Numbered from the stretch's first letter, positions 32,703 through 45,186 are shown. The stretch: DNA of 64,000 nucleotides from Hyaloraphidium curvatum SAG 235-1 (GCA_025558095.1 JAIVFI010000012.1:722497-786496); one strand, 5' to 3'. The notes: generated from the sequence alone by a model not told the origin. Numbers and translations: made by a program.

Positions 32703-34182
32703 TCACAGCTCGTCCGCCGCCCCCCTCATCCCCGGCGCCGTCGCGCACACGATGCTCGTCGTCACGATCGTCGCCACGATCTCCAGCAGCGCCAGCCCCG
32801 CATCCCGGTTCCACATCCCCCGCAGCGCCTCGGTCTTGTCCTTGCCGGGGGGCATCACGAGCGCCGCGAACCACGCCGCGCACTTGCGGCCGCGCTTCTT
32901 CGGGGGGGGCAGGCCGCCGTTGGAGGAGGGCGCGGGGGTGGGAGGGGAGAGGGGGAACCACGGGCGGTGCGGAGGTTCCGGGGGGGGTTGGGGGTCGCCG
33001 GTCGCAGTCCCGGACGGGGGGACGGCGGAGTCCGGGGGTTCGGGGGAGTGCGGGGGGACCAAGAGAACGTGGTCCCCGTCCGGCGGCTGCGCGCCGGATT
33101 CGGAGATGCCGTCCGCGAGCGCGGTCTTCTCGTCCGCGTCGCCGTCCGCGGTCCCCGGGGGCTTTGGGGGGTAGTTGATACCCCAGCCCATCTCGGCGGC
33201 GGAGTACTGGAATTCGTCCAGGAGGATGACGGCGAGGTTGAGGGTGAAGAAGATGTAGGCTGCGCGGGGAGCGGTCAGCGAGATCAGAGGAGGGGGGGCG
33301 GAGGGACGCACCCATGACGTAGATCTGGTCCAGCACCACCAGGTACGTCCGGTTGAACAGCGACAAGGCCGCCTGCTGCAAGAACACCGCCGTCAACAGC
33401 GCCGTTGTTCCCAGCGCGATCCGGGAGTCGGCGCGGTCGGGCGAGACGATCAGCGAAAGCCAAGAGAGGCAGAGCACGAACACGAGGGGCAGGATCTGCC
33501 ACGCGAGGAGGAAGTTGCCGCGGGAGATGTTGACGGCAAAGACGGCGGCGGGGAACAGGGTGCCCCGCGGGAAGACGCCCAGGCCGGAGCCGTAGTCCCG
33601 CACGGCGGCGGCGGCGGAGAGGTCGCCGGCGACCCAGCCCGGGATCGAAAAGTCCCTGTCGAAGCCCGACTCGGCGACGTCGGGGAGGTACCACACCGCG
33701 TCGGCGGGGTTGGTCGAGTCCTCGACGACGATGGCGAGCGAGTGCTTGTCGACTGGGAAGGCCTGCAGGTCGAAGGCGCGGCCGAAGCGGCTGTTGGCGC
33801 GGAACAGCATCGCGAAGGTGACGTTGTCGGACGTCAGGGGGGCGTCGAAGGCCTTGGCGAGCACGGTGCTGCCGATGTCGATGGCGTTGGAGAGGTACAG
33901 CGTCGCCGTGGGGTTGGGCGTCGCGGGGTCGGAGAAGTTGGCGGCTGCGCCATTGGGGTCGCGCCACGACATCCAGAGGTCGAAGGTGCACTGCCACGTG
34001 TCCGTGGTCGGGTCAAAGTCGTACACTTTGCGCACGTAGATGCCGACGGTGACGACGAGCGCCGACGCCGGCGGGGCCTGCCCGGCCGGGCGCCGGACCA
34101 GCCGGCCCGACGACACGAAGGCCGCGGCCGGGCATGCCAGCAGCAGCGGCAGCAGTGCCGCGGCGGCGATGGGGACGCGCAT
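32703..34182 (-). CDS. Pentameric ligand-gated ion channel subunit (Cys-less, Pro-loop type); intron 33260-33311
   Basis: Signal peptide; VTVGIYV; FDLWMSWRDP; FDLQAFPVD; IPGW; pre-M1 Arg; M1 QILPL; M2 RIALGTTALLT; YLVVLDQIY into M3; M4 after a long Pro-rich loop. Confidence 0.9.
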
Positions 34183-34489
34183 CGGGACGCTTTCGCGGTG
34201 GCCGTGTGATCGAGATCGGTTGATGGCGGCTTCAGGGTCCTCGGGACGCTTGTCCCCCGCCCTCGGGGCCGCCCGCCGCGAGGGAGGGGAGAAAAGGGGG
34301 GCGGATCGGTCGGACTTGCATTCCATGCACCTGTCGGTCACGTCGGACTGGGCCGGGAAGGGGACGGAGGCCGCCGTGCGCAGAATTGCGGGCCGATCGC
34401 GGCGGGCCCTGGCGGCGAGACCGGGCGGTGCTGCGCCTGCCGGCCGCGCCAAGCCCATCGCGGGGCAGGCGGGGCAGGCAGCCGCCGGC

Positions 34490-37400
34490 ATGCGGCCCCG
34501 GGCGGTCCTCGTTGTGCTCGCCGCGCTGCTGCTGATTGCGGGGCACGCGGCCGCCGCCCCGCTCGTCCCGCGGTTCCTGCTCGCGGCCATCGCGCGGCTC
34601 AACTTTGCCGAGAAGCACCGCAAAGGGGCGGCCGGCGCCGCGGAGAAGGCGCAGCGCGGGCAGCTCGGCGGGCACCGCGCAAAGCCGGCCGACGAGGCGC
34701 ATGCGGCGTTCCGCTTCGAGCGGCCGGCGGGCGTCGCGGGCGACGTGCAGTATGCCGCGAGAGGGGCCGCCGTTGCCGCGCCGCTGTGGGTCGCGGCGGT
34801 TGCTGCTCGCACGTCGTCGCGCGGGGGGTCGGGGACGCTGGCGCCGCTGGAGATCAGCCGCACTGCCAGCCGGACGTCTCGGCCAACGGCGACCGGCCCA
34901 ACGGCGACGTCCTCCGGCTCGGCTGGGACCCGAACCGGGCCTGCTCCGACCGGGACCGCGGGCGTCATTTCCGGCTCAGATACCACGCGGCCTGTCCCTG
35001 CCCCCGACTCGCCGACGGGGGCTCCCACGGGCGGCGGCGCGACCGGCGGCACGAGCAACGGGGCTGCCCAGCCGACCGCGTCGCCGGCGCCCGCCGATCC
35101 CGCTGCCCCCTCGGCCGGCGATCCGCAGGCGGGTCCCACTACGGTGCCCTCCGCACCGGATCCTGCCGCGTCTCCGTCGGCCTCTGACACCCAACCGACT
35201 TCCGCGGCGAGCGAGGCGCCCGGCGAGACGCCGACTGCCGATCCGCCCTCGCCTCCGCCTGCGCCTCCCCCCGCGGTGGAGACAACGCCGGCGGACCCCG
35301 GGCAGGCAACGACCTTGCCTGCCGCACCCTCCGCCACGGGAGGCGCACAGACCGCCGCGCCGGTCAGCCCGACCCCCGTTGCCCCGCTGACCCGGCCCTC
35401 GCGTACAACGCGGACGACCGATGCGGCGCCCGTCACCTCGGCGCGATCGGATACTGGGGGACGGATTGTCACGGGTGGGCTCCTGCGGGTGACGGGGACG
35501 AAAGTGGCTGCGGTTGCGGGGCCGACGGCGGGCACCTCGAAAGCCGCCGCGACGACGACCCCACCGGTGCCCAGCCCACCTTCCCCACCCCCGCCTTCTC
35601 CGCCTCCCCCGCCTCCGCCGCCACCCGCGGTCGAAACAACCCCCGATCCCGAACCGACGATCGCGCCTTCGCCTCCCCCTGCCCCTCCCCCGACCCCACC
35701 TCCCGCTCCGCCGCCGCCGGCCCCGGCGCCCACTACAACCACCGCTCGGCGCACCACCACCCGCACCCGCACCACCACGACGACCACCGCCGGCATCGCG
35801 ATCCCCGTCTTTGCATTCAACGGTCTGCCCGTTGCCTCCCGGCCCCTCCCTCTCGTTAACCCGCCCTTCCGCTCCAGACGTCGCCGGCGACGGCCTCTTC
35901 CAATCCCCGCCCGACACCCCCCTCCCCGCGGTCCGCATCACCCTCGACGGCCCCTCCCCCCTGCGCCTCCTGCGGCGCCAGTCCACCGTCGCGGAATGCA
36001 CCACCGGCGCCGACGGCCGCTGCACCATCCGCGTGCCCGTGGCGCTGGTCCCCGGCGCCGAGTACGAGATCGTCGTGCACGGGCCCGGCGGGCCCAGGGG
36101 GGGAGGCGGGTTCACGGTGGACGGGGGGGGGAGGCCGCCGCCCCCCGAGGGCGGGGCGGGGGGTATCTACCCCGTGGGGGTCGTGCTGGGAACTACTAGC
36201 ACCACGACGGTGGGTTCGGTTCCGCCAAGGGGGTAACCGGGGCGTGCTAAACTGGGGTTTGCGGGCAGGCGACGGCGACGCGGACGCGGACGAGGACGAC
36301 GACGGAGGTTCCGGCTGGGGTCCCGCCGCCGACGACACGGACGGCGACGAGCTCCGGCCTCTCGGGGACATCGTCGAGCAGGTCGGCGACGCCGTCCACT
36401 TCGAGCCGGACGGGGACCACGTCGAGCGTGTCGAGGACCACGTCGAGCAGGTCGGGGACCTCCTCCAGCCGGTCGGCGACCACGTCGACCCTCTCCATCA
36501 CCTCCTCGAGCCTGTCGATCACCTCGTCGAGCTGGTCGGCCACCACCTCGAGCGCGTCGATCACGACGTCCAGCCTGTCGGACACGACGTCCAGCCGCAC
36601 GGTCTCGCGGACGGCGACGACCACGAGCCGCAGCGCGACCAGCTCGTCGGCTTCGCGGACGGCAACGTCGACGACCTTGAGCGCCACCAGCTCGACCACG
36701 TCAAGGACGAGCTCGACGGCCACTCGGACGGGCACCAGCTCCACGGCGTCGCGGACGCGGACCTCGACAAGCTTCAGCGCGACCAGCTCGACCCTCTCGG
36801 AAACCGCTACGACCTCGAGCCTCAGCCGGACGAGCTCCACCTCGGCCTCCCGGACCACCTCGTCGGTTTCGCCCACGAGCTCGACAAACAGCCGGTCGGC
36901 GACGAGCTCGACCGTGTCCCGGACCAGCTCGACAGCGAGCGCGACTGCCAGCTTCACGGCGACCAGTTCGACGGCATTGAAGACGAGTTCCACGCTCTCG
37001 GTGACCGCCAGCTTCACGTCCTCGACGTCCTCGGTTGGTCTTTCACCCCGGCCGCCCGTGCTTCCATGGATGCTGATCCCCCTGCAGACCAGCCGCTCGC
37101 GGACGACGACGACGGCCGACACGGACATCGACGTCCTGTCGATCACCTCGACCGTCACACTGGCGCCCACCGCTCGCCCCTCGACCACGTACACCAACGC
37201 CTGCGGTTCCATGCCCACCCCGGCGTGCGGGGTGGTCATCCGCCCCGCCGGGCCGGCCACCTACTTGCACATGCGCGAGGTCGTCCTCGTTATCGGCGGC
37301 GCGCAGATCCCGCGCTCCGCCGTGTCGCCCTCGCTCTCCTCCGTCTTGGTCAACCTTGGGGTGCCCCTCGTGGCCGGTTTCTGCACGGATGGCAGACTGC

Positions 37401-39698
37401 GGAACTATCTGCCGGCGTCGGGCGAGCTGTGCCATACCAATACGGGCGATCCCTGCCCGAGCTTCGTCGCATCGTACGACTGCGCGCTGGGTGCGCTCGA
37501 GCTCGTCGTGGTCCACAACAGGCTCGACGACGGTTACCGGCACCTCATCAACGACTTTGCCGCGGACGTGGTGCAGGGCAACCTCACGGTGGCGAGCTAC
37601 AGGTTCGCCGGGACGGACGTACGGAGGTTCTACTTGGACGTCAACGCGGCGGGGCCGTCGACGACCAGCGCGACCGGGACGAGGTCGAAGACACGCTCGA
37701 CAAGCCTTCTGACCAGCTCGACGGCGAGCTCCACGCTCACGACGTCGTCGGTGAGTGCACCTCCCCGATCGCCCCGTTGCAGGCATGCTGATCTCCTTTT
37801 AGACCACCGCGACGGCCACGATCGACCCCGACCCCGACGTGAAGTCGGTCTCCTCTACGGCCACCCTGTCGCCTACCGCGCGTCCTTCGACCACGTACAG
37901 CAATGTCTGCGGCACCATGCCCACCCCTTCCTGCGGCGTCGTCATCCGCCCCGCGGCGCCCCCTATAGCCTTCGGCAACTACTTGCACATGCGCGAGGTC
38001 ACCCTCGTCGCCGGCGGCGTCCCCCTGCCCCTGTCCGCCGTCTCCCCCGCGCTCTCGTCGACCTTCATCTTCATCGGCGTGCCGCTGGCCGCCTCGTACT
38101 GCAACGACGGCAGCCTGCGCAATATACCCCCGACCTCGGGGGAGATATGCCAGACCGCGCTGGGGGACGCGTGCGGCACCTTCGTGGCCTCGTACGACTG
38201 CGCCCTAGGGGGAATCGACACGGTGGTTGTGCACAACAGGCTGGACAACGGGTTCGCCGACCAGCTGAACCTCTTCTCCGCGGACGTGGTGCGGAACGGC
38301 CTGACGGTCGCGAGCTTCAAGTTCGCGGGGTCGCAGGTGCGCAGGTTCTACCTAGATGTCACCGTGCCCGGGCCATCGACGACGGCCACGCCTACCACCT
38401 CGCGCACCACTTCCCGGAGCGCCACGACCACCGCCTCGCGGACGGCCACGACGACAAACCCGGATCCAGACTTCCCGGGCATCACCTCGACGGTGACGCT
38501 GGCGCCGACCGCGCGTCCCTCGACGACCTTCACCAATATCTGCGGGGCCATGGCGACCCCGTCCTGCGGCATCGTTTTCCAGCCCGCCGCATTCCCCCTC
38601 CAGCCGCCGCTCACCACGGACCGGACCTTTAACTTGCGCGAGGTGCAGCTGTTCACGGCCGGCGGCGCCCAGGTGCCCCTCGTCAACGTCACTCCGGCCC
38701 TCTCGACGGTCTACAACCAGGGGCTCCCGCTGGCGGCGCGGTTCTGCAACGACGGGAGCCTGTGGAACCGGATCGCCCCGGGAGGCGCGTGGAACAACGG
38801 GCCGGGCCAGATCTGCGCCACGCAGGAGCTCAACGACCCCTGCCCCGCCTTCACCGTCGCGTACGACTGCACCTTTGGGCCCCTGGAGACCGTGGTCCTG
38901 CACAACAGGCTCGACTGCTGCTGGGACAGGATCACGTCGTTCAAGGCGACCGTGCTGGACGCGGGCGTGGCTGTGGCAAGCTTCAGGTTCCCCGGGACGC
39001 AGGTTCGCAGGTACCACCTCGATGTCACCGCGCCGGGGGCATCCACGACGGCCACGTCGACCACCTCGCGCACCACCTCGCGGAGCGCGACGACGACCGC
39101 CTCGCGGACCTCGACGACGGTCGACCCGGACCCCGATTTCCCCACTATCACCTCGACGGTGACGCTCGCCCCCACCGCGCGGCCCTCGACGACCTTCGCC
39201 AATATCTGCGGCGCCATGGCGACCCCGTCCTGCGGCGTCGTCATCCAGCCCGCCGCGGTCCCGCTCCCCGCGCCGCTCAACACCGACCCTTCCTTCTACT
39301 CGCGCGAGGTGCAGCTGTTTGCCGCCGGGGGCGCCCAGATCCCTACCGCGAACATCACCGCGGCCATGTCGACGGTGTACAACACTTACGGGGTCCCCCT
39401 GAGCGCCTCTTACTGCAATGACGGCAGCCTGTGGAACCGCGTCGCGCCGGGGGGGCTGTGGAACACGGGCCCGGGGCAGATCTGCGCGACGAGGGGGACG
39501 TCGGACCCGTGCCCGGCCTTCACCATGTCGTACGACTGCGCGTTCGGCGCGCTGTCGAGGGTGATCGTGCACAACAGACTGGACTGCTGCAGGGACAACT
39601 TGCCGGCGTACAGGGCGGTCGTGGTGCAGGGTGGGCTGGCGGTGGCCAGCTTCAGGTTCAACGGGACGCAGGTGAGGCGTTACTACCTGGACGTCTGA
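34490..39698 (+). CDS. Giant secreted mucin with an SdrD-B-like domain and four F-type-lectin/discoidin-like repeats (about 4 introns)
   Basis: Signal peptide MRPRAVLVVLAALLLIAGHAAA, P/T/S tracts, FNDVAGDGLFQSPPDTPLPAVRITL, and four repeats carrying REV...DG.L...HNRLD...YLDV. Confidence 0.8.
37140..39698 (+). repeat. Four intragenic tandem domain repeats (about 0.65-0.7 kb units)
   Basis: Each unit begins STxTLxPTARPSTT and ends YLDV. Units 3 and 4 share closely similar linker DNA. Confidence 0.9.
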
Positions 39699-39899
39699 CC
39701 TCGATGAAGAAAGTGTACTATCTCACGGAACTCGAATGCACGGTTTGAATGCGACCGAGAGGCCCGGAACGCAAATGAGTCCGATTGCAGCAAGCATCTG
39801 TCTACATCACTCCAAGTAGCAGCACCGCGGCTCATACGAGTTCTCAACACACGGGGGGAAATGAGGATAATGGGATGACTAGAGACATTCACGGTCCAG

Positions 39900-41530
39900 C
39901 TAATCGACGGACTCCATCTCCACATCGCCCGTCCCTGCGTCCGGCCCGACCAACGCATGCGGTCCCGTCCCAGCCTCCCACCTCTCGAGCTCGTCCCTCG
40001 CCCTCAAATACCTCGCGAAACGCCCCTCGTCCAGCCCGTCGTCCAAATACGCCGGCCACTCGACCCACCAACCCAGCCGCACCTTCCACCTCTCCCCCCC
40101 GCCCTCGAGCTCCAGCCTCCCGCGCATCCAACGAACGGGGTCGGCGCCCCTGTCCGGAAACCCCCGCACGGGGGGCAGCGGCGAATCGCGGTACCCGTAC
40201 CCCGTGGTCACGGCCTCCCATTCCTCCCCCGGGGAGAGCACCGGCATCCCGTTGATGTTGTTCCCCAGGTCCTCCTCGACCCTCCCCGAAGAAGCGTAGG
40301 CGAACGTCCACCACCTCGCCGCAAGGCGGACCTCCTTGTACGGGCACGTGGGAAGAACGCGGATGCGCAGCCGCCACGCGAACTGTCCGCCGACGCGGGG
40401 GGTGCTTTCGAGGAGGGTGACGCAGGAGACATGCGCTTCGACGCCGCGGGAGGTGGTGCGGGAGGTGTACGGGCCGCGTTCGGGGAAGAGGGAGACGCGG
40501 CCGTCGGCGCACGATCAGTTCCCCGAGGTGAGGTCCGCGACGAAGGCGGAGAGGAAGGAGAGGAAGGGCCCGCGGTCCAGGAAGCGGCGCGAGCGGAGGC
40601 CGGGGATCCGCGGGTCGAACTCCAGCTGCACGACGCGGTGCCGCAGGAACGCGTGCCCGGGGTGTGTGCCGACGACGATGCCGAGGTTCGTGCCCGTGCT
40701 GGGACAGAGGGAAAACATGCCGACGGCGAAGCCAGGGAGGAATAGGATGCCTTTGAGAAGGGACTGGCGGTCCAGGGCGAGGGAACGCGTTCTCCCTGTT
40801 TGCGGGCCGGGCGTCAGGCGGAGAAATCTGAGGGGAAACACTGGAGTGCGAGCTTACCTGACGTGAACGAGCCAAAGAGCCCAAAGTCAAGCAGAGGCAG
40901 CATCGCACCCTCCATCCCTTGCTGCCCGCCGATCAGCGAGTACATGACCGCCAGCGCCCTGGCGTCGATGCCCAGCGGGATCCCGGCGTGCTCCAGGACG
41001 CGGAGGAGGCTCGATTTCGAGGTCCGGATAACGTCGAAGGGGTTGCCGTCGAGGAGGGTGGACACGATGTCAGGGGCGTGCGCGGCGAGGTGAGCGAGGA
41101 GACGACGAGTGAGGGGCCGCACATGGCGGTATGCGTCCAGGAAGCCGCGGTATTCCAAGCCGAAGGACGCCAGCTCCCGGCGGACGTGCGACGCGTCGGC
41201 CTCGACTCCGTGGCGCCGAACGAAGTCGTCGAAATCCGGCGGGTCCCACGCCTCCAGCATCCGCCGCCAGAGCACGTCGTCGTCCCAGAGCGCATCTCGC
41301 GCCGGGCGGCACGCCCCGGCGAACTTCGCGACGTCCGGGAACGCGGGAAACAGATCCCACGCGATTTTTGACAGCAGCTCCGGGGGCAGGCTCGCCAACG
41401 TCGGCGGCTCGCGCCGGTCGTCGTGTTTGGGCCGGGCGGGCTCGGGACGGAGTTGCTCGTCCTCGTGGCGCAAGTCCGCGTTGACGCGCCGGGAATGGCC
41501 GAGCGCGGAGCTCTGCGCGTCGTTTTCCAT
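39900..41530 (-). CDS. F-box + SMI1/KNR4-like + ApaG-like protein (FBXO3/SKIP16-type) with one in-frame TGA at 40515-40517; intron 40796-40857
   Basis: LASLPPELL F-box, GLFGSF and RWWTFAYASSGRVEED; colinear with 58504-60108 on both sides of the TGA. May be a pseudogene. Confidence 0.65.
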
Positions 41531-41642
41531 GCTGGGCGCCTAGATTCGGAGGCGGTGGATCTCCAGGACGTGCGGGTCGTCCGCCATGCCGGCGACGGTT
41601 TGGTCAAGGGGTTTCCCCGCCAGGGACGGACTGTGCTTGCCT

Positions 41643-43162
41643 CTAGAAGAGGCCGTAGAAGTAATCCAGCCCTGCGACGCCGCGTCAGCCCCGTGCAACG
41701 CGCCACTCGGCTCGGCGCGGCACCCACCCTGCCCCGTCTCCCACAGCGCTACCCCCACCCCCAGCTCCTCCGCCAGCTCCAGCCTCAGCCGCACAAACTC
41801 CTCCGTCGGGAAAACCGCCCTACAATCCCGCAGCTCGCCCCCCTCGCCGATGTCCACGACGTCCAGGAACCCCTCCCCCGCCCTCTGGTCCCACCCGACC
41901 CTCTTGACGCCCCGGTCGGCCTCGGATTTCAGGTAGGAGAGCCAGTCCCGGCCCAGGATCGCCTTCTGCAGCTTGCCGCCGCACCAGAGGTAGCCGTACA
42001 TGGGGATTCCGAGGAGGATGCGGGAGCGGTGCGGGGAGGAGAGGAAGGGGGCGAGGGAGAGGCGGATGAGGGGGAGGGGGGAGTTGGGCCCGGGTTCTTG
42101 GCTGTCGCGACCCGAGGGAGCGCGGTGGGTCAGCGAGATGCTGCGGTTGGGGAAACAGGCGCGAAGGGAACACGCACGCGAAATCGTAGGTCATGAACTG
42201 CACCCGCACGTTGTCCCGCTCCATCAGCGCGTCGAACGCCTCCCTGCTGAACTGTTGCTGGTTCGGCTCGCCGCCCTCGGGGGCCGGCGGCGACACCACC
42301 ACGACCTCCATCCCCTCCTCGGCGAGCGCCCCCGCGAGGCGGCCCAGCAGCGCGACGAACAGCCTCGGGAAGGGCAGCTCGATCACCAGCCCGTCAAACC
42401 CGTGCGAGAGGAGCTCGTTGGCAATTGTCGACACGACGTCGTCCATGGCGCGCTCGCCGTCCTCCGGCGTCGCGGGGCGGAGGATCTTCATCCAGTCCGG
42501 GTCCTGGAACCCCTCGAACACGAACCGCGGGAGCACCTTTGCCCTCCTTCCCCTCTCCTCCTTCCGCACGTCCTCGACCCACCCCTTGTCCACGTCGTGC
42601 CCGCCGCGCAGCGCGTACCCGCCGCCGGGTTTGGGGAGCAGCTGGTACCACACAGGCGCGACGTGGGTGAACTTGCCGCGGAAGATCTTGACGATGTCGT
42701 AGCCGCGGTTGTTCCAGGGGGTCACGTAGGCCAGGACGGGGTTGGGGAAGCGCGGGGTGTGCGGGTCCGGAGGGATGGCGGCGTGGCGGGCGAGGATGTC
42801 GGCGATGAGGGGCCTGAATGGGTCGAAAGTGGCGATGAGCAACGACTGGAATGAATGGAGATAGGCAGGAAGACGTCCCACCCCTCGACGTCCCCTCCGA
42901 CGACGCGTATTTGGGGCATCCCGCCCATCCCGGACAGCTCCTCCTCGTCCTCGTCCGCATCGGGCTCCGGCGGCGGCGGCGCGGGTTCGGGCGGGGGCGG
43001 CGGCGCGTCGGGCGCGTCCTCGTCGTCGAACAGGTCGGCGGCGGCGTTGCGTGCCGAGGTCGGGCGCGCGAGGAGAGCGAGGAGGAGGAGCGCGGCGAGG
43101 GCAAACAGCACGCCAACGGGGGCGCTCCGGCGCGGGTGCCGGTATTTGCAAGGGGAGGACAT
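41643..43162 (-). CDS. CHID1: Chitinase domain-containing protein 1 (inactive GH18)
   Basis: VLAYVTPWNNRGYD, KFTHVAPVWYQL, HDVDKGW, FDGLVIE, MTYDF, GPNSP and spliced C-terminus WETGQGLDYFYGLF*. Confidence 0.9.
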
Positions 43163-43460
43163 CGCGAAGAAGGCCGTGGAACGCGTCGGAATCGCGGGAG
43201 GCGGCGCGACCTGGGTCCGGCGGTGTGACTGGAAAGATCGCGAGCACGCGCCTGGCGTGTTGATAGGACGTCCAACGCGTCGCCGCATGGACGCGTCGCG
43301 TCACTACGATGGGATTTCATACTTTCCAAAGCTACAGGGCAAGTCGGGGGCCGATGGTGGGAAGGGCAGTAAGTGAATCGGACAGCGACGAGGCCCGGGA
43401 GGGACCGCGGGGGAAGATGAAAGTATTCTGCTTGCGTGTTCGAAGCAAAAGAAACAGAGA

Positions 43461-44782
43461 TCACTTCAGGTCCTTGCCCGCCACGAGCCTTCCCTCCTTC
43501 TTCAGCTGCGCCTGGTACTCCGGGTCGATGGCCAGCACCAGCTGCAACAACTCCCGTCAGCACGACCCGAAGCGCTCCGGCTGCAGTCGGTCACCCACCT
43601 TCCCCCGCGAGTTCCCCGCCCGGAAGAACTTGTACACGTCCGCCGCGTCCTCGATCGCCCCCACCGCCTGCACCTCCGGGTCCAGCTTCCCCTCTTTGGT
43701 CATCTGCAAGATCTTCCCCAGATCCTCCTTGAACTCGGCCACCGACTTGTCCTTGTAGTCCGTGATCACGTACACCTCGGCCGAGTGCTTGTACCCGAAC
43801 AGCCTGCCCACCGCCGCGGGGATGAACACGCTGAAGGCGGTCTTGGCGATGGCCCAGATCATGGAGCCGCCGCCGGCCACGTCGCGGGTGAAGCCGTAGA
43901 TCACGAGGGCCCCCTCGGGGGACAGGGCCGCGTAGCTCTTCTTGAAGCTCTCGGAGCCCACCGAGTCGAAGATGGCGCTGGCGCCCCCGGGTGCCAGCTC
44001 CTTGGCCTTCACGGTCCAATCTTCCGAGTTGTAGTCCACCGCGATGCCGCCGCGCTCCTCGACCAGCTTCTTCTTCGAGGCCGAGCAGGTCCCGAGGACC
44101 TTGGCCTTGGGGTACTCGGCGCGGAGGATGTCGAGGAGGGCGGTGCCGACGCCGCCCGAGGCGGCGTGGACGACAAAGAGGCCGGCGTGGTCGGTGCCGA
44201 ACTTTTTCGCGCGTGTTCTGGGCGGGGTGTGGACCGGGATCAGCGAACCCGGGAGGAGGGGCCTCCGTGGTCGCCCACCGGTGCAGCATCTGGTACGCCG
44301 TCACGTAGTTGAGCACGCAGCTCACCGCGACCGCCGGGTCCAGTCCCTCGGGCACCGGTACCAGGTCGTCGGCCTTCCGGACCGAGTAGGTCTGGTTCGA
44401 CCCGTGCACCGTCAGCGCGGCAACCAGCTGGCCCTCCTTCAGGCTGACGCCGCTGCCGGCCTTGAGCACGCGTGCCACCGTGTCGTAGCCCAGCACGATG
44501 GGGTAGTCCTTGGCGCCGATGGCGGGGTACTTGCCTAGCCGGGTAGACGCGGTGAGCTTCACGCGTCCGGACCCGGGATCCCCTTGGAAGGGACGGCAAG
44601 GAAGACACACCCTCGGCCATCATCGTGTCGGCCCACGCCAGCCCGCCCGCGAGGTGCTGCAGCAGCACCTCGCCCGCGCCGGGTTCGGGCAGCGCGACGT
44701 CCTCCGTGACCACCTTCAGCGGTGGCTCGGCGCCGGTCCACGTGCCGGGAGCTTGTACAAAGACCTTCGACCAATTCGGCAT
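43461..44782 (-). CDS. MDR-superfamily NAD(P)-dependent oxidoreductase (quinone reductase-like), 3 introns
   Basis: PEPGAGEVL, PIVLGYD, NYVTAYQML, HAASGGVGTA, AIFDSVG and RGK|LVL. Confidence 0.88.
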
Positions 44783-45186
44783 AGCGTGATGGGACGGGAG
44801 GGAAGGGAGAGGGCGGGGAAGTGGATTGCGTTGCGCCGGATATCGCGATCGGCGCGGCGGGGATTCTAGAGCTGCACCGGCGGGTCCCCGCCCTCCGCGC
44901 CCCTAAGATGCCTGATGTAGGCGAAGGATTCTTCTTGAATAGCAATTGGTCGCGCCTCGATTTCCAACAAAGGCGGGGACGCGACGAGTGACTTCGGGCT
45001 GCGCCTGCTGACCCATTCAAGGACGAGACCGAAGGGTATCAACGGCATCAATATCTTAATCTGCAACGTTGAGGAATAGATGGTCTTTCTCCCTGTTAGA
45101 TTCTTGACTCCTTTCGGCCCTGGAGGTTTGACGCCTGCGGCTTCGCGAGTCGAGTCACTCGGACCGCCACGCCATCACTTGCCGCG

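Noticed and set aside
32539-35820. 1093-aa ORF as one protein
   Set aside because: It fuses the antisense of the mucin with pLGIC exon 1 and an unspliced off-frame tail.
41643-43162. Active chitinase
   Set aside because: FDGLVIE lacks the DxxDxDxE motif, which is normal for CHID1.
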